Shown: positions 26,556-40,408 of the stretch, in pieces
How positions within the stretch are numbered: position 1 is the stretch's first letter
How the letters are laid out: the number at the start of each line of letters is the position of its first letter
Assembly (NCBI RefSeq): GCF_902652985.1
Contig: NC_047015.1
Coordinates: 47,244,001-47,308,000 of the forward strand
DNA from: Pecten maximus
Taxonomy: Eukaryota
Direction: 5' to 3'
DNA: 64,000 nucleotides
Notes under the pieces: generated by a model
The model's input: only the letters and a program-made list of their open reading frames with translations
The model's database searches: none
Told to the model about the DNA's origin: nothing
Translations under genes and position numbers: made by a program

Positions 26556-27674
26556 GTTGATATAGCCTACGGTTATTCCGTACAGCTATCACATTATTAA
26601 AAATTTAATTACTGAAGGATTAAATTTACTTTCAAATTATAAAATCAAAAATATTTTATAACCATTTCGGTTATTATATGTGTTCAGTTTCAGACATAAA
26701 ATGACTTTTGTGATCCCAGCTAGTTTTAGTTGTTAAAACTCGGCTATAAACCCTATAAATCATACGAATACCGTGACTCGAGTGGCATCAGATAGCAGGC
26801 CTACCTAACACGACTCAAGCCGGTCCGCTAAACACATCGCCGTATTCGTGGGTTTGAAAATCTTTTGAAGAAAATTATAGTGCCAAATATTTGAATATCG
26901 AATTTTGCAGACGGGCATTATTTTAAATAAGTTACTTATTTTTTAAAGCATCTGATAATTAGAAGTAGTTTTAGTAAATGAAGAAGCATGATAAGTTTCC
27001 AAGGTCATGGGTAATGAGCAGAACAGAGCTGGTTTAAGTTTATGTTTCTGGTAGTCGTGATTCTGTGATTGGACTTGATAACAACCAAGATGGCGGATCT
27101 TGACACCTGTTCGAATGTGTTTAGTCAGTCTATTCATTCAGTTTGTTACCGAGATACAGTGTAAAAGAGGATGCACTTTTGATATTTGTAGTTTAAGGCA
27201 CATTGTCCCGAGGGAAATTCATTGTTATTTTTTTCCTGTTGATGTACATAAATATAAAGTAGCTTATCATGTGTGTAGGCTTGGTCGTATCTATTATCAA
27301 CATAATTTGAAAATTATATTTCATAAATATCTCCAAAGGTTCAACCATCGCAACTTTTTTTTGTAGAATTACGCCAGATCGTTCAGTGATGGTTGTGGGA
27401 TTTCGGTAGATTTTGGCTTTTGAGATATCAATTATTCACTATAATAAGCATATTGAAAAAAAAATCTTTTCCAGTTGATTTTTGGCAAAATTTAATATCT
27501 TTATATATATACAGTATAAATATATTATGGTCCCGTTGTGTTACTCCCGCAATACATAAACTTTCAGATAGCGCGGTCTTTATTATTGTAAGGAGCATGA
27601 TGGCAGAGCGCTAATTTCTTATTTAGAAAGAGAAATGGATGATTTCGACTTTAACAATAACAAGATATCAAAAT

Positions 27675-28932
27675 AATTATAACCTTTAACGGTCACGTGG
27701 TATCATCACAATAATACCCTCAACAGTCACGTGGTATCATATAAATTGATAACCTATACGGTCACTTGGTATCATAGAAAATGATAACATAAACAGTGGT
27801 AAACAGTCACGTGGTATCATAAAAATAAGAACCCAAACGGTCATTTGGTATAATGAAAATAACAATCTAAACAGTATTATAAAAATAATAACTCAAACAG
27901 TCACGTGTGATCATAAAAATAACCTAAACAGTCACGTGGTATCATATAAAACAACCTAAATAGCCACGTGGTATCATATAAAATAACCTAAACAGTCACG
28001 TGGTATCATAAAAATTATATCCTAAACAGTCGCGTGATATCATGAAAATAATAACCTAAACAGTCACGTGGTATCATAAAAATAGCCTAAACAGTAACGT
28101 GGTATCATATAAAATAACCTAAACAGTCACGTGGTATCATGAAATAATAACCTAAACAGCCACGTGGTATCATAAAAATAACCTAAACAGTCACGTGGTA
28201 TCATATAAAATAACCTAAACAGTCACGTGATATCATGAAAATAATAACCTAAACAGTCACGTGTGATCATAAAAATAACCTAAACAGCCACGTGTGATCA
28301 TAAAAATAACCTAAACAGTCACGTGGTATCATATAAAATAACCTAAATAACCACGTGGTATCATATAAAATAAGCTAAACAGTCACGTGGTATCATAAAA
28401 ATTATATCCTAAACAGTCGCGTGATATGAAAATAACCTAAACAGCCACGTGTGATCATAAAAATAACCTAAATAGTCACGTGGTATCATATAAAATAACC
28501 TAAATAACCACGTGGTATCATATAAAATAAGCTAAACAGTCACGTGGTATCATAAAAATTATATCCTAAACAGTCGCGTGATATCATGAAAATAATAACC
28601 TAAACAGTCACGTGTGATCATAAAAATAATCTAAACAGTCACGTGGTATCATATAAAATAACCTAAACAGCCACGTGGTATCATATAAAATAACCTAAAC
28701 AGTCACGTGGTATCATGAAATAATAACCAAAACAGCCACGTGGTATCATAAAAATAACCTAAACAGTCACGTGGTATCATATAAAATAACCTAAACAGTC
28801 ACGTGATATCATAAAAATAATAACCTAAACAGTCACGTGGTATCATAAAAATAACCTAAACAGTCACGTGGTATCATATAAAATAACCTTTACACTGGTA
28901 AACAATCACGTGGTATCATAAATTAATAACCT
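27675..28932. repeat. 31-35-bp satellite carrying a CACGTG E-box in most units
   Basis: TAACCTAAACAGTCACGTGGTATCATATAAAA, about 35-38 copies. A variant block containing ATTATATCCTAAACAGTCGCGTGATAT recurs at ~28015, ~28400 and ~28557. Confidence 0.97.
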
Positions 28933-31900
28933 TTAAATCACATGATAACGTAAAATGTATAAACAAAGAATATCCAAGTACGTTTTACTGTAAATATCTA
29001 AATATGGATATTTTGTTAACATCCTTACTTCAACATTATTCGTGAAAATATCAATCAAATTATCGCTAAAATACCATCTGTACGTCCATGTATCCAGATG
29101 AAAAGCTAACCAGCAATGGACATACTTGACACGTTCCGTATATGTAGGCATTGAAGAAATTTTATTTTTCGACCCATTTCGTTCTAGAATATCGGAAATA
29201 TTGAAACTTAACAATGATGGTGTAACGCCCATATACGCAACAATTTCACCTTCAGAACTGTCAAAAATATGGCTAATGACAGAAATATCTGTGCATGTTT
29301 CACGCCTGTACAATTTATGCTACAATCGAGGTGTGTGCACGGCCAGGCACATTGGTATTTCTGCCGGCTCCTCGCGAAATACATCATAATTATAACGAAT
29401 TGTCAATTATGCGAGATTTGGTTTAGATGTATTCCTCGCTAGAACATACATCAAAGTGTCAAAACAGCAGAATTATTTCAAATTTATGACTTCTATTGCG
29501 TGTTTAAAGCCTAGTTATTTATGCCGCTAACATTTTGAAATCGTATTACAATGGGAAAAAAATCAGAATTTGTGTTTTGAAATAAATACACCTTAAGTGG
29601 CATATAGCAGACATAAGCCCTGAGTAAATGCTTCCCTTTGACGTCACGCCCGCTGACACGAAGAACAACTAAGATTAACTAGCGAGCGGCGAAGCGATGC
29701 AAATAAATCGAGCGGCCTTTGGTGTATTTCATAAAACATGCGTAGTCGATTGGTCGATAATAAAATAGCGATTACCGATCATTGTCATGACGTAACCCTC
29801 GCTGCACGCGAGCGCAATGAACCGTAACAAATACACAGCGTAATTAATGGTGGGTATTTACTATTTAGGCTGTGCGGGGGTGTCCACGGTCAGGTGTACA
29901 AACAAACAACAGCGGTTTGGTGAACTAACGAAAGAAAAAACAACTATAAACTTAAGGCCACTGACCCATTAGTATTAATTTATATATGTACAGAGCGATG
30001 GGCAATATATAAAGTAATCTGCGGCATTGCATATACGGAGACATTTTGAAAATAATATTCCTAAAAATTTAGTTTTATATACGTGATTTGAATTAAACAT
30101 ATCTTATTGTCCAAATACTTATGTGTTGTATTTTGTTGTTGGGAAAGGGCTTCATATAAGTTGGAAAATTCATATGATACAATAAAAATATATTAAAATG
30201 TAATAGATCAGAGAAGACGATCACATGTATGCTCTGCAAAAGTAACATACGAGATCGCAATGCCCGTAATGAGAAATTCGCCATTTTGCTTTTTGTTTGA
30301 TTCACGGTTTGCTAGGTTTATTGCCTGGTGCCAACCAGGGTCATAATCAGACGTATTATACCATATTTCTCCGGCTCATTTGTGAAAAAAAGTACTTTTT
30401 AACTTTACATTGTTGTCTTGGTAGGTGGTAGACCTATAGTTCCGAGCCTGGTAATTACAGCTGTAGTATTTGCTGACAGCTATTCGACAAGTCATGCTCT
30501 ACCGATAACTCGAGTATAACCGGAAGTGCAGGTCTGACAGAACATTTTTCTTTAATTAGAAGCCACGTGCTTTCTTGGTACTTGATTTTGATTAGTGAAG
30601 AACGTACCCTGACTTTAAAAAAAGCTGTCCATCTAAGTACTTAATCAAAGAAAAGTGTTCATTTCTATTTCTGAAAAAAAATAATACAAAAATAAAAATG
30701 ATGTAGAGATAACCTAATAACCATGACCTATGACGGAAATGGGTGAAACACGGAACTGTATATATGAAGGTTAGCACTGGTTTATTTGTACTACGAGATA
30801 CATATCGAGGTAATCACGACTCTTTTGTCCATATTACGGCATCAGGTCACGATATTTTCCGGATATATCTACATTTTGTATATGTACATCACAAATATAC
30901 GTACACGTATCCTATTTTTGGCTTTTTAGCCCACAATCATTTGCTTATACCCAGTCCCAATTTTGTAACGGAATTGTATGGTTAGTGAGACACAGGGACA
31001 TGACAAGAATTCTCAATCAATGATGCATAGCATACATGTATATGTGCCAGGTCCCGTGGCCTCTGTGTCGGCGTGTTTTATTTTTGTCTATGCAGCGTTC
31101 AATTAAAACGTGTATATTTGTCATTTCCAGCAATCCTTAATAATTTGCTATTTCCTTTTTTTGTAGTCTGGATTGTCTGTCGAAATTGTTTCTTTTCTTC
31201 ACTTCGTTTCACTTCGAATATAACAAGCATTATACCATGTAGATGTAATTAAAATCCGCATCTCTCCATTTTATTTTATTTTTCCGCTTTCTTATGATTT
31301 ATCTCTCAAGGTACATTTATATGATTAATGTTTGCATCCTGATTGTAATATAAATTTTATTCGATATTCTGTTTGTGTAATCTTCATTTATGGAGAAAAT
31401 CACAGGGACTTGGCACGAATTCCTAACCCACTGCCCTTATTATATGTATTATATATACTATAAAGATCAAGAAAGCAACAACAATACGCATACTTATAAA
31501 ACATTGTCAATTTTATCACAGGAGACTGTGATTATGTAGTTAAGAACCATTAATAGATAGTTAGGGAAACACTATTTATATTGATTTTAACAAAAAAACA
31601 ACAACAAATAAACAAAACAAAAAAAAACCCAAACAAACAAATAAACAACAAAAGACAAAACAACAAAAAACGTAATGAAAGATTACAGGATTATATTATT
31701 TCGATGTCTGAAAACACCCAGAACAATTATTTCCCCAAATTGTTTTAACATTTTGTCATAACTAGAAAATGAATGATATTTAAATATTAATGACTTTGTG
31801 TCTTGACTGTAGACAAGGAAGGATCATCGATAATTTATTGAAGGTGTGCCATTGTAAATTGCACATTGTAAATAAAACATTTCTTATCAAATATCTATAA

Positions 31901-34900
31901 CAATCTGTGATAATTGAAATTATTATGAAATATAGATGAAATATAGCAGTCGGTTTTTGACAGATAAGCAAAATCATTCCAGTAAAACGAAGCTAACCAA
32001 CCACTTCCGGTACTAGTCACGTGCTGTGTGCACATGGAAAAACAATATTTCCAATTTATCATCTCCCTTGATCAACGTACATCCGTTACGTTCTGTTGTG
32101 TGAAAGTTTGAGCTGTGAAGGTTTAACATATGAAGGTTTGGTTGGAGAGGTTTGCTGACGCTGTTGACATTCAATAGTCGGACACACATACGACATCTTC
32201 CCAATGACGTACGAGAAGAACATTTGTCATGTGAACAGAAGTAAGGTTCACACGCATTTCCAAGACAGCCGATACTTCTAAATATGGAACGACGGTTCTG
32301 AATTTAGCCTTTCGTCTACATTATCTTTCGTTACGAGCTGTATACAGCAAAATGACGTAACTTTTCTGGGAAATCTTTGTGGAGAAATTGTTTTGTAGTC
32401 ATTTGATATTTACTATATATGTCGTACGTTTTTAATTCTTAACGGCCGATAACCGCTCAACAGGTCATTAGGGCTAACAAATGGCGAGCAAAAAATGTAT
32501 TGACCGAGATTACCTCAAACAAACCAAATACAATGTACATGTATGTTAAAATAAGATGCCACATACACCTACATATCTCGAAAGTGTGACTACGGTTATT
32601 ACTATCTTGCGGTATAGGCCGACAATGACAAGGACAAGATTTTATTCTCATAAACATTTAAAGTGCAGAGAATTACATACATACAAAATTGTACAGGACA
32701 TATGACGGCGTTCAGATAGTTCATAATTTTGTTATGCAATGTAACAATTTCAAATAGAAGTTTAAGATATGTTATTCTGTTGTAGAAACTATATCTCTTG
32801 TATATCAAATATGCTTTTTCTACCACAATAGGTGGGTGATGTTCAACTCCGAATGCATGAAATAATAATTACATCTGTTAAATAACATTCAGTTTACAAC
32901 ACACGTGGACTAAACTCTAAATGTGTTTTGATTGGTTTACACGGTGACCTTTGACCAGGACTATGTTTTAAAGTATTTTTTGGAACTTTTGAAAAATAAT
33001 TTACTCGAGTGAAAGAAATACCTCTATATATGAACTATATATTATAAACAACTGGCACTAGTATATTGGCTATTGGGAAGCTGATCTCTTGTCTAATATA
33101 ATACATTATGATAATCGTGTCCCTCAGTATACTGCCCTGTTCTCTAACCACATCAGACGAAACATAACAGATAACACATCAAGAATAAAAAAAGTGCACT
33201 TAGTTCACATTACTCAAGAAATGTAAAGAAAAAATGGCAAAGATTTTTTTGCTGAGGTTTGGTGCCTGTTTTAACACTGAGCTTCCATATCTGCCGATTA
33301 GATCAGTGATATTATAAAGGATGAGAAATGTGCCTATACAACTACATTGTATCTGGTGTGTCGCGGTTTGTCTACAACAGCGTTCCATAAAATATGTTGC
33401 GTTCCCACCGCAAAATGGCGGGATATTTCTAAATAAAACGATAAACAGAAAACCACAGTGAAATATGTCCAGCACGTGCCCTGGATATCACTTCGTCCAT
33501 TTATATGGCGAATATGAGCATGAAGAATATGTTCTGCACGTGTAGTTTGAACACGTATATGTACACGAAAAATATGGCCGTTTCTAAACAATGAAAAGGC
33601 ATGTATATCTATATTAATTGGAAATGCATTGCCTTTTAGATCAATATGACTATAATAAAAAATCAAAACTTTTTTGTTTTCAAATACGATTACTGAATTT
33701 CGTCCGAAATAGAATAAGTTTCTGATGATAAAATTGATAATCGCTGTGATTATAAATACATGTTTACCGCGTCAACATTGAAACCTTTAATTCCCCAATG
33801 TATAAATTGGTAGAGAACGGTTTACTTTAATTCTTTGTAGTATCAATGCAGAAGCACACCAGTCGGCAGGCAATACTCTAGATTTCCAACGTTTTGGTGA
33901 AAAACGAATTGACGTTATCCTTTATCGCTTCGAGATAAGCTGGGATGATTTCTGCGAAATTGTAGGGAGGTTTTTGTAGACGCTCTAAGGTACATATTTT
34001 GTAATTTATATCGGTGTCATCTTCTTGAACTTTTATCATCTAATATCTTAACACGATCAATCACGAAAAAAACAGTCAAAATTAAACTAACAGGAAAATA
34101 TGTATTTTTTCCAAGTAGTAAAAGCTATAATCTTAACTTTGATACGCGAGTTTTACTCTCAAGATAAACCAAAGTTCTTCGAGTATGAAGTCCTGAAAAT
34201 TCTTAATTCGACCCGAAGTATCACACACGGTATTTGTATACGATACGCCTTTTCCTGTATATTTCGGTGTTTATTTCATTACTTGTAGACACAAACACTT
34301 GTATAATCATCGTTCGGACATATATATAATCAATAGAAATTGTGCATGTTTCTGATGTCCGAACGAAGGAATGCCCCGTTGATATTATAAAAATATTGAA
34401 ATCCTTTCCCAACCTTACAAGTTAAAGATTATTTGGAACGTAAACTGACAAAAGGAGAAACTAGAGACATTTTACTATTTTTATTTTGCTTTTCAAAATA
34501 ATGATAGGCCATAATATAACCCCACAAACTTTACACAGACCGATTTCAATAAATGTTCATTTCCAAACAAACAAATAAACAAAAATAATACAACTTAGCA
34601 GTTGTACCTAAAACATAAATATACATTCTACAGGAAGCTTGTGTTACTAATGCTGTCTTAGGGAATTATCTTACCATCTGATGATGGACAGGTGCATCGG
34701 CAATTTTCCCAGTGCAAGATTAATACGAAATTTCCTTAGGTTTCGGACAGAATTTTTTTCACCCCATGAGGGATTTTTTTGGCAGTCTGTCTATAAATCA
34801 AGTATTTACGTCATGTGTGGAAATTTCGTTCAAGCTATATAATATAATGCAGGTTAGAAAACAGATAAATACTAAAATGAACACATGTGCGCTCGACTAC

Positions 34901-35041
34901 TATGGAAACAAATGGCGATTTTATAAATTAGGATTTAAGTTTAAGGTATGCATGCACTAATGCTGAATTATTGTTGAAATACACTAACTGTGTACATTTT
35001 ATGACAATTGCGAAACAAGTTATATCAACTGATATGAATTG

Positions 35042-35491
35042 CTTATTGGCCCGTATGGAAGCTCGCGAGGGGTTTTATAATCTGGCCACCTGCCTCTAGA
35101 ATATTATCGTTATAAATTAAATTGGGTTTTTTGGTTTTGGTCTCGAGGATTTGTCTGATTCTAGATTCCTAAGTTTCAAACTAGGGGGAGATAATCTAGT
35201 ATTAAAATTTAGTGGAGCAGTTCTAACAAAAAACTTAGGGGCTGGTGGCCAGTCTAGTGGTCTTAGTGTGGGAGGAAACCAGAGTGCTTTGAGAAAACCC
35301 ACGTGGTCGGGTAGCATCCGGAACTCCTCGGGTTTTTTCTTGAAAATACATGTATTTTTTAGGGAAAAAACCCGAGGAGTTCCGGATGGGTTGAGTAGGT
35401 GAGCCCATATCTTTTCACGTTCGATGGGGGAATCGAACGCCGGCCGCCGAGGTGAAAGGCCAGTTTAATACCACTGTGCCAACCGACCACC
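35042..35491 (-). mobile_element. tRNA-derived V-domain SINE (second family), copy 1, interrupted by a palindromic insertion
   Basis: Minus strand has A box TGGCACAGTGG (35471-35481), B box GTTCGATTCCC (35428-35438) and the V-core-like CGTGGGTTTTCTC...CTGGTTTCCTCCCACAC. It is colinear with 39881-40222. Confidence 0.88.
35315..35388. mobile_element. 74-bp hairpin MITE inserted in the SINE
   Basis: Perfect 25-bp inverted repeats CATCCGGAACTCCTCGGGTTTTTTC/GAAAAAACCCGAGGAGTTCCGGATG with inner palindrome AAAATACATGTATTTT. Flanks GGTCGGGTAG/GGTTGAGTAG match at 8 of 10 positions. The insertion is absent from SINE copy 2. Confidence 0.85.
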
Positions 35492-37840
35492 AAACGCGTA
35501 CAGATTCATGAACAGAACAGTAACGACGTCGTATCTACAACATGAAACTTTTTGAACATTTTTGGTTTCTCATACTTTTACAATAACCCGTGGCCCAAGA
35601 TATTTTATCTATAGTTTAGATTAGCAGCAGACAATTTTAGAAACAAGTTACAAAAAAACAAAAATACATACACATGTCTAATTCAACATATCCATGACCA
35701 TGATATACATTTCTAAACTTCAAACACGTCCAAAATTTCGAGCCAACTTAGTTAAATTACTATTGGGTCCCAACGTAAAGCGTCACTTCCGGTGTCGTGG
35801 TACAAAATTAAATTGGTAATCTGTTTCTGTTTCCGGATCTGGTCCAACAATTTCACTTCCGACAGAGTATTTAATGTTAACACCGAAGAATAAACCTACT
35901 TTATAATAAAAACAAGTGCTATTAGGTTTTGTGTGGGTGAACAGACCTCTTCGCACCATTAACACCGAAATCCACAAGTATACTTGCACTGGCTTAAACT
36001 TTTTGATAACTTTACCAAAACCACACACTTGTTTAAAAATAAATTCACCCTTCCTTACACATTAAAAAAAGGTGAAAGTGGGAAACATATTGTACTAAGT
36101 TGCAAGTAATTAGCAATATTATCAGGAAAACAAAAACCGTGTGTATGTCTGTCACGGATTAGATGAGCCAAGTTGTGATGCCGCCCCGGCACATTGTGAT
36201 ATTGTAGGCGGCCAGCCTCTGGAGCTCGTGCTGAAAGCACCGTTAGCTTTCACAAAATAGCGTACATTTGCAATCTTGATTTCCTCTAATTTCGACGATA
36301 AAATATGTAAAATAAAGCTTGGAATTGTGCCAACAGGGGACCATTCAATGTCAGGGGTTGCTTTCATTATGACACAGAGTGTAACGACTGCGCTGTGAAT
36401 ACGAGAAACATGGAGGTGAAGCTACTACTAGTTCTGACCAAGATCTGATAGCAGACCCTGGCGTTTTATGTTTATGCCAGATGGAAGGAAAGGAGAAGTT
36501 CGACCCACATCAAAGGTTTCACGGCTAACGACCTCGTAGTTTCATCCCCGCCTAAGAGGTTGTCCCAGCTCTACGCCGACGGCATCGCGAGTATAAGGGA
36601 TGCGACCGCTATCTGCACAGCAGCGCGACCTTTATCTCTTCACATGTAAAACGAGACATTCATAGGTTTTCTGCATATTCGGCAGAATTTATATCAATAT
36701 CTTAAGAATAAGTGAAAATGCAGAGTAGATATTACTTACTCAATATGGGTTTATGCGCTTAATACACAGTACGTGTATGCAAGTGCATGACGTATACGTA
36801 ACCTTGCCCTTTGATGAACGAAAGGGCAAATCATGTAAAATACACTTATCTTTTTTTATGATAGACTGGACTTATGCAGCGTGTAAAAAATGTACAAAGA
36901 ATCAAGTTAGTGTCAGAGGTTAAATATGCTATTATAGCCAGGTCAACATCATCAAAAACAGGACTTATCTACGCTTATGATGTGAAATAATAAAATTAAA
37001 GATAAAAATACCAAGATAATGAACCCATAAAACAATGCACAGAAACAGTGCTAATTAGGCACACTGCAACAATTAATAATACAATTAATCAAAATCGGAG
37101 ATCGCAACAGAAAAAAAAAATCTGAATTTAGGTCTTTGCTAAAATGGCATTATTTTCCCTCCTGTCACATCCACCTTTCTAGTTTACTTGTCCTTTGACG
37201 AACCCCACCCCCATCCCCACACTCCCAAATACGCAAACCAAAACAAAGGTCATCAGGGGACGTTTGCGTGTTATCTGAAGGTGAGAAGGGTATGGGCTCA
37301 GTCCCCAGAACACCATAATTTCGTACTTGCTTCTGTGTGTTTAACCTTCAGCATCAACTTGATGAATTGGTATAAGAGCTAGTTCGCCCATTGACAGCAT
37401 ATTGTGATTGTGTACATGATTCCAAGTCCATACCGTATTTGGTTCCCAACGACACAAACCGACCAGCCGATGACACAGCATCTCTCTTTGCAAGTATGAC
37501 GTCAAAAGGTGCAGAAATGATCGGTAGCTGATTTTCATTAATCGAAATGACACGCGTTTGTAGAGGAAACAGGCCTGATGTCTGCATGATACGGAAATTT
37601 AAACGGTTGATTTTTCGACACGGCGGACTTTCCGCCGTTCATTACAGCACATCACAGAGGGTGTCATTTTTATCGGATGTTGATATATTGTCACATATCG
37701 TATTAGTTACAAACAGAATCGAAACTGACATAAGACTTACTAATTGCCTTGTCCATGTACAGCATTCGAAACTCTGCAGATACCTATATCCGGTGTACGG
37801 GTGTGTTGTACTTGTTATAAATAGATTACAAAGATTTTAA

Positions 37841-38112
37841 ATCAGGCCACAACATTTATTGAAGCGAAACTTTCTCAATGCAGTTTTTGTCGGATATTAT
37901 GTATATATATATTATATACTATGACCTGCGTACCAGGACACCTGTTATACAGTCGACTGCACTATCAGAGCCAAGTCCAGGGGAGGATTTCAATATCTGA
38001 TTTATTTGATTCCAACACTTATTTAGTATATATAATATATATATATATATCATATAATTCCGACAAAAACTGCATTAAGAAAGTTTCGCTTCAATAAATG
38101 TTGCGGCCTGAT
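37841..38112. mobile_element. 272-bp MITE with long TIRs flanked by TTAA
   Basis: The first 54 bp (ATCAGGCCACAACATTTATTGAAGCGAAACTTTCTCAATGCAGTTTTTGTCGGA) match the reverse complement of the right end with 2 mismatches, and the arms continue into (TA)n. TTAA lies at 37837-37840 and 38113-38116. Confidence 0.88.
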
Positions 38113-38329
38113 TTAACATTAATCTATTTACTATGCTAGCATAAACTTCTTTTAGTGGTATCGTAACAGCAATACACTATTACGCTAATTTCGTCATGGG
38201 ATTTCTGTTTAAATTGTCCAGGACCTGTACACTTGTAATTCTAGTAGTTTTTTTATGCTAGATCGGTATGTAATATGTCGGCTTCTTATATCTCTTTATA
38301 TTGACATAAGATCGATATCACTCGTGTTT

Positions 38330-39037
38330 GATATCACATCTGTTAAATCACGTTTTATATCACGTCTATTTTTATATCACGTCTGTTTAATCACGTTTCA
38401 TATCACATCTGTTAAATCACGTTTTATATCACGTCTGTTTAATCACGTTTTATATCACGTCTATTTAATCACGTTTTATATCACGTCTGTTTAATCACGT
38501 TTTATATCACGTCTGTTTAATCACGTTTTCTATCACATCTGTTAAATCACGTTTTATATCGCATCTGTTAAATCACGTTTCATATCACATCTGTTAAATC
38601 ACGTTTTATATCACGTCTATTTAATCACGTTTTATATCACGTCTGTTAAATCACGTTTTATATCACGTCTATTTAATCGCGTTTAATATCACATCTGTTA
38701 AATCACGTTTACTATCACATCTGTTTAATCACGTTTTCTATCACATCTGTTAAATCACGTTTTATATCACATATGTTTAATCACGTTTTATATCGCATCT
38801 GTTAAATCACGTTTTATATCACATCTGTTTAATCACGTTTTATGTCACATCTGTTAAATCACGTTTACTATCACATCTGCTTAATCACGTTTTATATCAC
38901 GTCTATTTAATCACGTTTTATATCACATCTGTAAAATCACGTTTAATATCACATATTTTTAATCACGTTTTCTGTCACGTCTATTCAATCACGTTTTATA
39001 ATACGTCTATTTAATCACGTTTTCTATCACATCTGTT
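38330..39037. repeat. 26-bp minisatellite built from two related ATCAC sub-units
   Basis: ATCACGTTTTAT + ATCACATCTGTT(A/T)A, about 27 copies. Confidence 0.96.
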
Positions 39038-39880
39038 CATAATGTCATACACATTGTATGTCAGTTTTATATATCATACACATTGTATGTCAGTTTTATA
39101 TATCTTTTCTATGAACATTTATGATACATGGATGGTTTGTTTGATATAACGCCATATTCATTTGAGCTTATTATGATATCACATATTTTCATGTTACTCA
39201 TATTTCATATTACACTTGTGAAATTCACATACAATACCTAACCCCAATTTGAATGACCTGTTATTTCGTAAGACACTTGTTTAATTACGTGTTTTAAAAC
39301 CAACATTACCGGGGTGAAATATTTGTACAAAACAATACTTGTACAACAGTCAACTGATAAAAGTGTACCATTGGACCGTCATCACTTGAGAGGTGACTGT
39401 TTTACAGGGAGTGTATACCGGGAACAGTCTAATTACTGAACTTGGCAGAGTCTTTGCTGGAATTAATCTGCACGATTGTTTTAAATTTGATGTTGGTTTG
39501 TTTATGTATTTTTAGTGAGAAGTTATCGTCAGCGGATGAATCACAAGATAACATTAACCAAATGTCATTCTCGGTGGTGCGTGTTGCCCCCTCCCTGGTC
39601 TGTATTCTGACGGATCCTCCCCCGCCGCCCCTCCCAACCACCACTAAGCCAATCACTCTTCCTACATGGTTCTCCACACCAATTAACCTGAACTAATGTT
39701 AATCTATGCACAACCTTGACTCACGCCGTTAGTACCCGAACTAACATCTGGCACTTTAACTTATGTGCGTAAAATAGGTTTTGTAAATCTCCTCTGTAAA
39801 CTTATGTGTAAAATGTAAACTTTATTTATTTTACAATAATTGCGAAATTTGTTATTCTAACTTATACCAACCCAGCCACT

Positions 39881-40222
39881 CTTGTTTGCCCGTATGGAAG
39901 CTCGCGAGGGGTTTTATACACTGGCCACCTGCCTCTAGAATATTAAGTTATAAATTAAATTGGGTTTTTTGGTTTTGGTCTCGAGGATTCAAACTAGGGG
40001 GAGATAATCCAGTATTAGTATTTAGTGACGCAATTCTAACAAAAAAAACTTAGGGGCTGGTGACCAGTCTAGGGGTTTTACTGTGAGAGGAAACCGAAGT
40101 ATCCGGAGAAAACTCACGGGGTCAGGCAGGGGACCCTATACCTCTTCACGTCCGGGCGGGGAATCGAACCCCGGGCGCCTAGATGAAAGGGAAATGTGCT
40201 ACAACTGTGTCACCCGACCACC
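39881..40222 (-). mobile_element. V-domain SINE (second family), copy 2
   Basis: Shares GCCCGTATGGAAGCTCGCGAGGGGTTTTATA...TGGCCACCTGCCTCTAGAATATTA...GGTCTCGAGGATT with copy 1, and has B box GGTTCGATTCCCC on the minus strand. It lacks the hairpin insertion and ~25 bp of the tail. Confidence 0.88.
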
Positions 40223-40408
40223 TTTATAAGCACCACTCTATATAAGTAATGATGAAATGTTTCACTGTCTCGTACACTGATGTAAGTACTGCTTCATATA
40301 AGTAATGATGCAATGTATTCTGATGTAAGCATATAAAACAATGGCGTAATAATTCATTCTGATTCAGTAAGAACACAAAACAATGACGTCCACGGTCAAA
40401 TTAGTTTT

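Noticed and set aside
27065-27100. CCAAT plus YY1-like AAGATGGCGG motif suggesting a promoter (similar ETS/YY1/CRE motifs at ~9440, 29639, 30277, 30519, 32004, 35784)
   Set aside because: No associated exon or ORF; short motifs of this kind are common by chance and inside decayed transposons.
36125-36650. GC-richer block with short open frames after AG acceptors (e.g. WKERRSSTHIKGFTANDLVVSSPPKRLSQLYADG)
   Set aside because: The frames are under 60 codons with no recognisable domain and no consistent exon chain; RNA-seq would be needed.
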